This document shows, piece after piece, positions 1-10,384 of a DNA stretch of 26,779 bases (position 1 is its first letter; every line of letters starts with the position of its first letter). The stretch comes from Chthoniobacteraceae bacterium (GTDB lineage Bacteria; Verrucomicrobiota; Verrucomicrobiia; Chthoniobacterales; Chthoniobacteraceae), in contig JBEBGD010000077.1 in assembly GCA_040081625.1 (NCBI GenBank), forward strand, positions 1 to 26,779. The letters are read 5' to 3'. The notes beneath the pieces were generated by a model, which was given only the letters and a program-made list of their open reading frames with translations, was not told the origin of the DNA and did not search any database. A program made the position numbers and the translations under genes.

Positions 1-431
1 GTCGTCGCGCCTGTAAAGCAGCGAATCGAGGTGTCACTCAGCACCGTGACATTGGTCGCCGCCACCCCGCCGATGGTCACCGCCGTCGCCCCGGTGAACT
101 GCGAGCCGGTGATCGTCACATTCGTCCCGCCCGAGATCGAGCCGCGCGCCGGGTTGATGCCGGTGACCGGCGGGCCGGCGGGCGCGGGCGGCGTGTAGAG
201 CTCCGCGTTCGCGACTGGGGTGGAACCAAAAGGACCGGCGAGCGCCCCTCCCCCGGCGACGAGCACCTTGCCGCTGGGCAGCAGCGTCGCCGTGTGATTC
301 AAGCGTCCCGAGGCGAGGCTGCCGGCGGGGCTCCAATCCGATGGCACCGTCGCCCGCGCCGGGAGCACGGTGGCGAGGGTGAGCAGGGCGAACGCGACGC
401 AGCGCGCGAAAGAGCGAAGGGTGTGGTGCAT
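1..431 (-). CDS. Secreted Kelch-repeat plus IPT/TIG-domain protein, 5' part (runs off the left edge)
   Basis: Not in the ORF track; translated by hand from ATG at 431: MHHTLRSFARCVAFALLTLATVLPARA (signal peptide), WSPAGSLASGRLNHTATLLPSGKVLVAGG...AELY (Kelch blade), PVTGINPARGSISGGTNVTITGSQFTGATAVTIGG...VTVLSDTSIRC (IPT/TIG). The frame is open to the window edge. Confidence 0.88.
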   Translation of the reverse strand, partial: MHHTLRSFARCVAFALLTLATVLPARATVPSDWSPAGSLASGRLNHTATLLPSGKVLVAGGGALAGPFGSTPVANAELYTPPAPAGPPVTGINPARGSISGGTNVTITGSQFTGATAVTIGGVAATNVTVLSDTSIRCFTGAT

Positions 432-546
432 GAGCAGTTGGTTGTGGAGATTTGGGATTCCGTCGAGCACCCGCGGTCGCATCCCCCTCGCGATCTCACC
501 CCTCAGGCGCGGAACCACGGGCGGAGTCCGCGCGCAAGTGCCGGCT

Positions 547-575
547 GGAATAAGGAAATGCCCTACGGCTGTCAA
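547..575 (-). promoter_or_regulatory. Putative sigma70 promoter for the Kelch/IPT gene
   Basis: Minus strand reads TTGACA, a 17-nt spacer, then TATTCC; perfect -35, weak -10. Confidence 0.45.
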
Positions 576-611
576 GCGACGCGACGCTCCCGGAAAGCGT
601 GGCGCGTGGCG

Positions 612-659
612 CGTGCAGCCTGCGCTCCCTGAGCGCAGGGAGAGCGTGCCCGCTGCACG
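612..659. repeat. Nested GC-rich palindrome (REP-like)
   Basis: Outer arms CGTGCAGC (612-619) and GCTGCACG (652-659); inner hairpin CCTGCGCTC-cct-GAGCGCAGG (619-639); lies between divergent genes. Confidence 0.5.
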
Positions 660-736
660 TCGCGCCGCCCCTCGGGCGCTAAGCGGCCTGCGCGCGGCGC
701 GATCTGCGGCCGGTCGATCCGTGCTACGCTGCGCGC

Positions 737-952
737 ATGAACAAACCGAATAGCACGGTGCCTTGCGCGACCTGCGGGAAGGACGCGGACTTTTTCGCCG
801 AGCCGACCGGCCCGTTTTGCTCGCGTCGCTGCAAGCTCGTCGATCTCGGCAAATGGCTCGGCGAAGAGCACCGGATCAGCGAACCGCTGCGGCCGGATCA
901 TTTCGAAGACACCGAACTCCTCGATGACGGCGGGGAACTCGACCGTCACTGA
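737..952 (+). CDS. yacG: DNA gyrase inhibitor YacG
   Basis: 71 aa with CxxC...PFCSRRCKLVDLGKWLGEEHRIS (the YacG zinc finger and DLxxW signature) and an acidic tail. Confidence 0.93.
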   Translation: MNKPNSTVPCATCGKDADFFAEPTGPFCSRRCKLVDLGKWLGEEHRISEPLRPDHFEDTELLDDGGELDRH

Positions 953-973
953 ACGCACTCCAGCGTTACCCCG

Positions 974-1020
974 AAAAAAATTGAGGGCGGACGAACCAGT
1001 GGGGGTGTTCGTCCGCCCTC
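974..1020 (-). terminator. Intrinsic terminator downstream of clpC
   Basis: Perfect 14-bp stem GAGGGCGGACGAAC (983-996) / GTTCGTCCGCCCTC (1007-1020). The A7 tract at 974-980 is a U-tract on the minus strand. Sits between convergent yacG and clpC. Confidence 0.85.
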
Positions 1021-1084
1021 CTATCGAGGGGGAAATTTTGTTGGTGCGGGGAAGGAATGCCGCCGAACCGATTGTGTCAAGCGG

Positions 1085-3595
<2,511 letters not shown>

Positions 3596-3800
3596 CAGGT
3601 ATGGTGGTTGTCCGCCGGAATCCGGTGGAATGCCAAACCCGTATCGGCGGTTACTGGCCCTTGCAACAGGCGCGCACGAAAAAGTGCGGCACGGCGGCGC
3701 TCGCGGAAAATGCGCGGAGAGAACATCGCCGGGCGTCGGAGGCGGGGAGCGCCAGGTAACGGTGCCTTTACCGGAAATCCCGCGCAGACAGCGAGCGACC

Positions 3801-3818
3801 GTGCATTTAGATATGCAC
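3801..3818. promoter_or_regulatory. Candidate operator palindrome overlapping the rhodanese start
   Basis: GTGCAT-ttagat-ATGCAC, a 6-6-6 dyad that is AT-rich against the GC-rich background. Confidence 0.4.
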
Positions 3819-4343
3819 ATGCACTCCACAATCACTGCGACCGAACTGCACCGCCGGATGGCCGCCGGCGAACCCTTGAACTTGCTCGACGTGCGGACGC
3901 CCGCTGAGTTCGCAGCTCGACACGCCCGCGGCGCGCACTTGGTGCCGCTCGATCAACTCGACCCCGTGGCGGTGAACCAGCGCGTGGACGGCGGGCCGGT
4001 GTTTTTCATCTGCCAGAGCGGCAAGCGCGCGACGATGGCGGCGGAACGACTCGCTCGAGTGGGGTGTGCAAATGCGATCGTGGTCGATGGCGGCACCGAA
4101 GCATGGGCCGCGGCGGGGCTGCCTTGCGAGTCGAGCGGCGGCAAAGTCGTCCCGCTCGAACGGCAGGTGCGCATCGCGGCGGGCGCGATCGTGCTGATCG
4201 GGGCGCTGCTCGGTTGGTTTGTGAATCCGCTCTTCGCCTGGTTGTCGGCGTTCGTCGGCGCCGGGCTGATGTTCTCCGGGATCACCGACACGTGCGCGAT
4301 GGGGATGCTGATGGCAAGGATGCCGTGGAATCGCGCGAAGTGA
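3813..4343 (+). CDS. Rhodanese-domain membrane protein (YgaP-like, DUF2892 C-terminus)
   Basis: [10 protein letters not shown]...H, active-site loop CQSGKRA and GGTEAW, followed by [10 protein letters not shown]...[27 protein letters not shown]. Start is ATG 3813 or 3819. Confidence 0.9.
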   Translation: MHMHSTITATELHRRMAAGEPLNLLDVRTPAEFAARHARGAHLVPLDQLDPVAVNQRVDGGPVFFICQSGKRATMAAERLARVGCANAIVVDGGTEAWAAAGLPCESSGGKVVPLERQVRIAAGAIVLIGALLGWFVNPLFAWLSAFVGAGLMFSGITDTCAMGMLMARMPWNRAK

Positions 4344-5998
4344 CGGCGCGCAAACGGATCCTCATTGTCGGCGGCGTGGCGGGCGGCGCGTCGTGCGCGG
4401 CGCGCGCACGGCGGCTCGATGAGTCCGCGGAGATCATCGTCTTCGATCGCGGGCCTTACGTGTCGTTCGCAAACTGCGGGCTGCCTTATTACGTCGGCGA
4501 TGTGATCAAGGAGGAGGCGAAGCTGCTCGTCGCGTCGGCGGAGTTGTTTCGCAATCGCTTCGAGATCGACGTGCGTGTGCTCAGCGATGTGGTGAAGATC
4601 GATCGCGATGCGGGGGAGATCGAAGTGCGCGAGCTTTCCACCGGGCGCGTGTATCGCGAGCGCTACGACGCGCTCGTGCTTTCGCCGGGTGCGGCGCCCA
4701 TCCGGCCCGCGCTTCCGGGCATCGAGTCGCCGGGGATTTTCGTCGTGCGCACGATCCCGGACACGCGGCGCATTCGCGAGTGGATCGAGACGCGCGGGGC
4801 GAAGCGCGCTGCGATCATCGGCGGCGGGTTCATCGGGCTCGAGATGGCGGAAAATCTCGTCCATCGCGGCATCGAGGTGACCGTGATCGAGCGGAACCGG
4901 CAGGTGCTCGGACCATTCGACGCGGAGATGGTGTGGCCCGCGCAAGAGCGGATGCGCGAGCGCGGGGTGCGGCTGCTTTTCGGCGAGGAAGTGACCGGCT
5001 TCACGCCGCTCGACAGCGCGCTGCGCATCGACACGAAGTCGGGCGCAAACCCGGAGACCGAGCTCGTGATCCTCGCCATCGGCGTGAAGCCGGAGACGCG
5101 GCTTGCGACCGCGGCCGGGCTCGATGTCGGCGCGCGCGGCGGCTTGCGGGTGGATGAGCAGATGCGCACGAGCGATCCGCAGATCTGGGCCGTGGGAGAT
5201 GCGGTGGAAGTGACCGATGCGGTGACCGGCGCGGCGGTGAACATCCCGCTCGCCGGCCCGGCGAACCGCCAGGGCCGCATCGCCGCCGACGTGATCTGCG
5301 GACGCGACGCGCGATTCCGCGGAGTGCAGGGCACCGCGATCTGCGGCGTGCTCGGCGTCACCGTGGCCTGCACGGGCGCGAGCGAGAAGGCGCTGCGGCG
5401 CGACGGGTTCGAGAACTTCGGCGTCGTGTATCTGCATCCCGGCCATCACGCGGGCTATTTTCCCGGCGCGAAGCCGGTCTCGCTCAAGCTGATCTTCTGC
5501 CTCACCGACGGTCGCATCCTCGGAGCGCAGGGCGTCGGCGAGGAGGGCGTGGACAAGCGCATCGACGTGATCGCGACGACGCTCCAGCACGGCGGCACCG
5601 TCTTCGATCTCGAGGAAGCAGAGCTGTGCTACGCGCCGCAGTTCGGCGCGGCAAAGGATCCGGTGAATATCGCCGGCATGATCGCGGCGAACGTGGTCCG
5701 CGGCGATCTCGCGCTCGCTTCGTGGGCCAGCCTCGACGGCGCCGTGCTCGATGTGCGCGACCCGGACGAATTCGCCGGGGGACACGTGCCCGGTGCGCTG
5801 AACATCCCGCTCAACGAACTGCGCGGGCGCATGGCCGGGCTTCCGCGCGACCGGGAGTTCCAGGTCTATTGCGGCGTCGGCCAGCGCGCCTACTACGCGG
5901 TGCGCGCGCTCACGCAGCACGGTATCGCCGCGCGGCTGCTGGCGGGTGGATTCAAGACGTGGTGCGCGCTGCGTGGCGGCGGCATCCTCGCGGGTTGA
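4340..5998 (+). CDS. CoA-disulfide/persulfide reductase with C-terminal rhodanese domain (CoADR-RHD)
   Basis: GGVAGG FAD motif, SFANCGLPY redox Cys, GGGFIGLE NAD(P)H motif, CYAPQF and rhodanese loop YCGVGQR. The GTG start overlaps the upstream stop (GTGA, 4340-4343). Confidence 0.92.
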   Translation: MTARKRILIVGGVAGGASCAARARRLDESAEIIVFDRGPYVSFANCGLPYYVGDVIKEEAKLLVASAELFRNRFEIDVRVLSDVVKIDRDAGEIEVRELSTGRVYRERYDALVLSPGAAPIRPALPGIESPGIFVVRTIPDTRRIREWIETRGAKRAAIIGGGFIGLEMAENLVHRGIEVTVIERNRQVLGPFDAEMVWPAQERMRERGVRLLFGEEVTGFTPLDSALRIDTKSGANPETELVILAIGVKPETRLATAAGLDVGARGGLRVDEQMRTSDPQIWAVGDAVEVTDAVTGAAVNIPLAGPANRQGRIAADVICGRDARFRGVQGTAICGVLGVTVACTGASEKALRRDGFENFGVVYLHPGHHAGYFPGAKPVSLKLIFCLTDGRILGAQGVGEEGVDKRIDVIATTLQHGGTVFDLEEAELCYAPQFGAAKDPVNIAGMIAANVVRGDLALASWASLDGAVLDVRDPDEFAGGHVPGALNIPLNELRGRMAGLPRDREFQVYCGVGQRAYYAVRALTQHGIAARLLAGGFKTWCALRGGGILAG

Positions 5999-6055
5999 TT
6001 TGGATTTGACGCTCCGGGGGCGGTCCGCCACCTTCGCCGCCCTTTGACTACCATA

Positions 6056-6535
6056 ATGCGGCACACCATTTCGGTTCTCGTTGAAAACAAGTTCGGCGTT
6101 CTCACGCGCATCGCCGGCATGTTCAGCGGGCGCGGATTCAACATCGACACGCTCAACGTCGCGCCGACGCTCGACCCCGGCACGTCGCGCATGACCATCG
6201 TCGTCACCGGCGACGACTCAGTGCTCGAGCAGGTCACCAAGCAACTCAAGAAGCTCATCGATGTGATCCACATCGACGATTACCACGACGAGGATGTGGT
6301 CGAGCGCGAGCTGCTGCTCATGCGGGTGAAAGTCGATGCCGCCAATCGCGCGGAAGTCATGCAGCTCTGCGAGATCTTCCGCGCCAAGGTCGTCGATGTG
6401 CAGCACGAGGTGCTCGGCATCGAGGTGACCGGCAACGAGTCGAAGATCGACAAGTTTCTCATGCTCATGGGCAAGTTCGGCATCAGCGATCTCTCGCGGA
6501 CCGGCCGCGTCGCCCTCGCGCGCAAGCCGCACTGA
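6056..6535 (+). CDS. ilvH: Acetolactate synthase small (regulatory) subunit
   Basis: MRHTISVLVENKFGVLTRIAGMFSGRGFNIDTLNV ACT domain, EQVTKQLKKLIDV, C-terminal RTGRVAL. Alternative TTG start at 6044. Confidence 0.95.
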   Translation: MRHTISVLVENKFGVLTRIAGMFSGRGFNIDTLNVAPTLDPGTSRMTIVVTGDDSVLEQVTKQLKKLIDVIHIDDYHDEDVVERELLLMRVKVDAANRAEVMQLCEIFRAKVVDVQHEVLGIEVTGNESKIDKFLMLMGKFGISDLSRTGRVALARKPH

Positions 6536-6608
6536 GCGGCGCCACCCCATATCGGTGGTTGATATTTCGCGCCTCGCGGACAGCGTGCGCGCCTCACATT
6601 CACAACCC

Positions 6609-7109
6609 ATGAAACTCCTCGTCCTCGCCCTCCTCGCCGTCACAGCCTCCGCATTCGCCGGGCAAAAAGTCACGCTCTCCGGCGTGCATAACTGCTGCAA
6701 GTCCTGCACGAAGGGCATCGAGAAAGCCGTCGCCACCGTCCCCGGCGTCACCACCGCGGCCGACAAGGAAACCATCACCCTCACCGCCGGGACCGCTGCC
6801 GATTTGCAGAAGGCCGTCGATGCGCTCTTTGCCGCGGGCTTCACCGGCGTGAGCGACAACGCCGCCGTCAAGGTCGCCGCCGTCGTCGCACCGGATGCGG
6901 AAGTGACGACACTCACCATTTCCGGCGCGCACCTGTGCTGCGGCAAATGCGTGACCGCCGCCGAGAAGGCGATCCTCGGCGTCTCCGGCGTCACCGGCCA
7001 CACCGCCGAGAAGAACTCCGAGACCTTCAAGGTCGAGGGCAAGTTCAACGCGAAGGCCGTGATGGCCTCGCTCGCAAAGGCCGGCTTCTCCGCCAAGGCC
7101 TCGAAGTAA
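6609..7109 (+). CDS. Secreted/periplasmic protein with two heavy-metal-associated (HMA) domains
   Basis: Signal peptide MKLLVLALLAVTASAFA, then two repeats with GVHNCCKSC and GAHLCCGKC, each followed by EKA...V.GV and ending in AGF. Confidence 0.82.
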   Translation: MKLLVLALLAVTASAFAGQKVTLSGVHNCCKSCTKGIEKAVATVPGVTTAADKETITLTAGTAADLQKAVDALFAAGFTGVSDNAAVKVAAVVAPDAEVTTLTISGAHLCCGKCVTAAEKAILGVSGVTGHTAEKNSETFKVEGKFNAKAVMASLAKAGFSAKASK

Positions 7110-7127
7110 CCGCGATCCGTTTCCGAT

Positions 7128-7159
7128 AAGAGCCCTCTCCGGCGACGGAGAGGGCTCTT
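7128..7159. terminator. Hairpin terminator between convergent genes
   Basis: Perfect 14-bp stem AAGAGCCCTCTCCG / CGGAGAGGGCTCTT with a GCGA (GNRA) tetraloop. Confidence 0.8.
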
Positions 7160-7160
7160 C

Positions 7161-8810
7161 TCATTTCAGCAAAGGCACGATGATCCGCGAGGGGCGCGCC
7201 GCGTCGTGCCAGATCGTGTTGATCGCGGCCTGCGTCGTCTTCATCCAGTCGATCGTCTGCGCACCGCCAGTCTGGTTGTTCGGTTCGTAGAGCGGTGCGC
7301 CGGTGCTCGCGATCGTCACGCGGATGCGGTGGCCCGTGTTGAAGACGATGCTCGTCCAGCCGATGTCCCACGCCAGCTTCGCGGGCTGGCCGGGCGTGAG
7401 CAGCACCTGCTTCTCGAAGCCCTCGCGGTAACGCGCGCGCAGCGGGTAATCCATCAGCAGCATCGAGCGTCCGTCGGGATACACGTCGCTCACGCGCAGG
7501 ATGAAGTCGCTGTCCTTCGCCGTCGAGCTCACCCACACCTCCGCCTTCACCTCCCCCGTCCACTCCATCGGTGCGCGCAGCGGCTCGCTCGTCCACGTGC
7601 GCACCTCGCTCTGCTCCTCGAACGGCCGCGCATCCCGCGCGCCGGGGAACGCCGTGCCGGGGATGCTCATCGGCTGGCGCGGATCGCTCGCGTAACTCGT
7701 CGCCGCCTCCCCGATCGTCGGCGCCGTGCGCGCGAGCTTCCCGTCGGGCTGGAGGAAAAGCGACGCGCGCTCCGTGTGCGGCGGAAAGTCCTTCGCCTCG
7801 CGCCACACATTTCCCGGCGCACCCGCCTCGCCCGCCGCGCCCATCACATAATATCGCACCGGCGTCTCCTTCCCGATCCCGTTCTCCTCGCCCTTGAGGA
7901 AATGCGCGAACCACTTCGTCATGTGCGCGACCACATCGAAGAACGCATTCTCCGGATACGTCAGCTCGCCGATCTTGTTCGACTTCGGATACCCGCCGTG
8001 AAGCCACGGGCCGAGGATGAGCTGCTGCGTGCCGCGCGACTTCTCCCCGCCCTTCGTCTGCCGCCCGATGAAGCTCTCCACCGAGCCCTGCACCATGAAG
8101 TCATACCAGCTCCCGATCGTGAAACACGGCACATTCATCTTCGCGAAATGCGCCGACGCATCCTCGTCGCGCCAGTAGGCGTCGAAGTTCGGGTGCTTGT
8201 CCCACTCGCGCAGCAGCGCGTCATTGTCCGCCGGATCGCGCGCCACCTTCCCGCCCGCGATGAAGCGCTGCGGCCGCGTCACCCCGCCGATCCGATACCC
8301 CTCCTGATACAGGCTCAGCCCCGTGTCGGTCATGTATTGCGCGACCAGGTGCGGCGGCTGCGTCACCGCGAGATAATTCTGCGCGTAACCCGCCTGCGAA
8401 CCGCCATACGTGCCGATCTTCCCCGTGCACCACGGCTGCGCCGCCAGCCACTCGCACACGTCGTAGCCATCGCGCAGCTCACCCCACTGCATCGCGCGAT
8501 ACCCCTGCCACACACCCTCGCTCAAGTGCGCGCCGCGATAGTTCACACGCGCGATCACAAACCCACCCTCCGCGAACTTCGCCGCAGCCTTGCGCTGCCC
8601 CGCGCTCGAGATCTCCGCATACCGCTGCTCGAAGATCGCCGGCCACTTCCCCTCGCCTGGCGGAAAATAAACGTAAGCCGACAGCCGCTTCCCATCGCGC
8701 ATCGGGATCATGACGTGCTCTTCGCGCACGCCGCCGAGATCGAGCTTCGGAACCTCCGCGGCGAGCATGGACGAGACGATAAAACCGACGAGGAGAAGCG
8801 GGGAACGCAT
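7161..8810 (-). CDS. CocE/NonD family (peptidase S15) serine hydrolase, secreted
   Basis: IPMRDGKRL, DGYDVCEWLAAQPWCTGKIG, nucleophile GGSQAG, GSWYD, GPWLH and a PepX-C-type C-terminal domain. Start at ATG 8810 gives a signal peptide. Confidence 0.9.
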   Translation of the reverse strand: MRSPLLLVGFIVSSMLAAEVPKLDLGGVREEHVMIPMRDGKRLSAYVYFPPGEGKWPAIFEQRYAEISSAGQRKAAAKFAEGGFVIARVNYRGAHLSEGVWQGYRAMQWGELRDGYDVCEWLAAQPWCTGKIGTYGGSQAGYAQNYLAVTQPPHLVAQYMTDTGLSLYQEGYRIGGVTRPQRFIAGGKVARDPADNDALLREWDKHPNFDAYWRDEDASAHFAKMNVPCFTIGSWYDFMVQGSVESFIGRQTKGGEKSRGTQQLILGPWLHGGYPKSNKIGELTYPENAFFDVVAHMTKWFAHFLKGEENGIGKETPVRYYVMGAAGEAGAPGNVWREAKDFPPHTERASLFLQPDGKLARTAPTIGEAATSYASDPRQPMSIPGTAFPGARDARPFEEQSEVRTWTSEPLRAPMEWTGEVKAEVWVSSTAKDSDFILRVSDVYPDGRSMLLMDYPLRARYREGFEKQVLLTPGQPAKLAWDIGWTSIVFNTGHRIRVTIASTGAPLYEPNNQTGGAQTIDWMKTTQAAINTIWHDAARPSRIIVPLLK

Positions 8811-8951
8811 GAGCGAGAGAAGTCGAAGGGAGTTTGGAAACTTAGACCGCACACTTCGCGAGGAGCGCGGCGGAAACCGACCGTGCCAGGCGCGCCCTGG
8901 CGGCGCGGTTTGGTTCTCGCGTCGCGTCGATGGTGGCGTGAGCCAGGGCCG

Positions 8952-10217
8952 CTACAGCGCCACCGTCTTCCCCGGCACCGCGCGCTCGTAGAATCCATCC
9001 GGTCCCGGCGCGACCGGCGGCTTGTCCTCCATGCTCATGATGTCCGGCGCGAGGCGCAGCTGCGAAGCGAACGCGGCATCCCACTCGACGATCTGCCCGG
9101 AGTAAGCGGCCATGCGGCCCATGATCGCGGTCATCGTGCTCTTCGCGCCGTATTCGACTTCGCTGTAAGGCAGGTTGTTGCGGATCGCCCAAAAGAAGTC
9201 GTCGTGCTCGCCTTGGTAGGGATTATCCGGCGGCGTGGTGCGGATCGTCTCCGGGTTCGCGCCGGTGACGACGAACATCTCGCGCCCGCTCAGAAAATCC
9301 GCGCTGCCCTTGCTGCCCGTCGCGTGCTCGCTCACCGCATTCCAGCAACCGGTGGCGCGATTGCACTGGCCCATGAGCCGCGCGCCATTGGCGTATTCCC
9401 ACTCGACGACGAAGTGATCGAAGAGATTCCCGTAGTCGCGGCTCGGCTCGTTCAGCCCGCCCATGCCCGTCGCGCGCACGGGAAAACTTCCGACGCACCA
9501 GTTCGAGATGTCGATCCCATGGACGAGGTTATCGACGATGAAGTCCGCCGAGAGCCACGAGAAGTAATACCAATTGCGGAGCTGATACTCGAGTTCGCTC
9601 ATCTCCGGCTTGCGCACGATCCCCGTGCGCAGCGGCGTGTTCGCGTAAGCCCGCGTGCAAGCGACCGGCCCGATCGCACCGTCATGGATGCGCTTCACCA
9701 ACTCGCGATACCCGCGCTTGTGCCGCCGCTGAAAACCGACCGCGACCTTCAGGCCCTTCTTCTTCGCCTCCTCGCCCGCCGCGAGCACGCGTCGCACGCC
9801 CGGCGCATCCACGGCCACGGGCTTCTCGAGAAAGACGTGCTTTCCCTGCCGCACCGCTTCCTCGAAGTGCATCGGTCGAAACGCGCACGGCGTCGCGAAG
9901 ATCACCACATCCGCCGCCGCGATGGCTTTCTTATACGCATCGAAGCCCGTGAACTGCGCATCCGGCGGCACGTTCGCGCGCTCGGGATGCGCGGCCTTGA
10001 GGCTCTTGAGCCCGACGGCGAGCTTGTCGGGAAACATATCCGCCACCGCCGCGAGGTGCAGGTTACTGTCCGCCGTGAGCGCCTGGTTCGCCGCGCCCGC
10101 GCCGCGCCCGCCACAGCCGACGAGCGCGAGCTTCAGCCGATCGCTACCCGCCGCGTGGGCGAAGCGTTCGACAGCGAGGAGGGAACCGGCGGCGGGAATG
10201 GAGCGCGAAGATTTCAC
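8952..10217 (-). CDS. Gfo/Idh/MocA family oxidoreductase
   Basis: [48 protein letters not shown] and HGIDI. The start is uncertain. Confidence 0.9.
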   Translation of the reverse strand: MKSSRSIPAAGSLLAVERFAHAAGSDRLKLALVGCGGRGAGAANQALTADSNLHLAAVADMFPDKLAVGLKSLKAAHPERANVPPDAQFTGFDAYKKAIAAADVVIFATPCAFRPMHFEEAVRQGKHVFLEKPVAVDAPGVRRVLAAGEEAKKKGLKVAVGFQRRHKRGYRELVKRIHDGAIGPVACTRAYANTPLRTGIVRKPEMSELEYQLRNWYYFSWLSADFIVDNLVHGIDISNWCVGSFPVRATGMGGLNEPSRDYGNLFDHFVVEWEYANGARLMGQCNRATGCWNAVSEHATGSKGSADFLSGREMFVVTGANPETIRTTPPDNPYQGEHDDFFWAIRNNLPYSEVEYGAKSTMTAIMGRMAAYSGQIVEWDAAFASQLRLAPDIMSMEDKPPVAPGPDGFYERAVPGKTVAL

Positions 10218-10295
10218 GCCGGGAGAATGCGCGCGGAGCGTGCGCGTTAGCTACTTCTTCGGTCAAGCGGAGCGGGACCCGCGGAGCATCCGGGC

Positions 10296-10380
10296 ACGAA
10301 TTGCGAATGTCGTGTTGGACGCGGCTGATCATTCGGGCTTCGTCATTGATTCGTCATTCGTCATCCGCCATTCGTCATTT
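10296..10380. repeat. TTCGTCA heptamer tandem element upstream of leuS
   Basis: TCATTCGGGCTTCGTCATTGATTCGTCATTCGTCATCCGCCATTCGTCATTT (10329-10380) with a degenerate complementary arm ACGAATTGCGAATGTCG (10296-10312). Confidence 0.75.
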
Positions 10381-10384
10381 TCCA

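Noticed and set aside
432..540. ~110-nt leader of the Kelch/IPT gene as a riboswitch
   Set aside because: I could not recognise any riboswitch consensus; only short GC hairpins are present. An Rfam scan would be needed.
3661..3676. Sigma54-like site upstream of clpC (minus strand GTGCGCGCCTGTTGCA)
   Set aside because: It lacks the invariant GG at -24.
3596..3835. 80-aa N-terminal extension of ClpC in the ORF track
   Set aside because: It would overlap the divergent rhodanese gene. The conserved Clp-N domain begins at MNNFTPRA (3595).
8875..8915. Bulged hairpin between the Gfo/Idh/MocA and CocE genes
   Set aside because: Imperfect stem, weak U-tract and no second copy; cannot be told apart from chance or a weak terminator.
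7206..10250. 1014-aa plus-strand ORF, and similar long antisense ORFs at 1652-3907, 3953-6064, 10361-11836, 15451-17055, 17382-18989 and 25204-26685
   Set aside because: Shadow ORFs antisense to well-supported genes. They are Arg/Ala-rich with no motifs, as expected from high GC3 codon bias.
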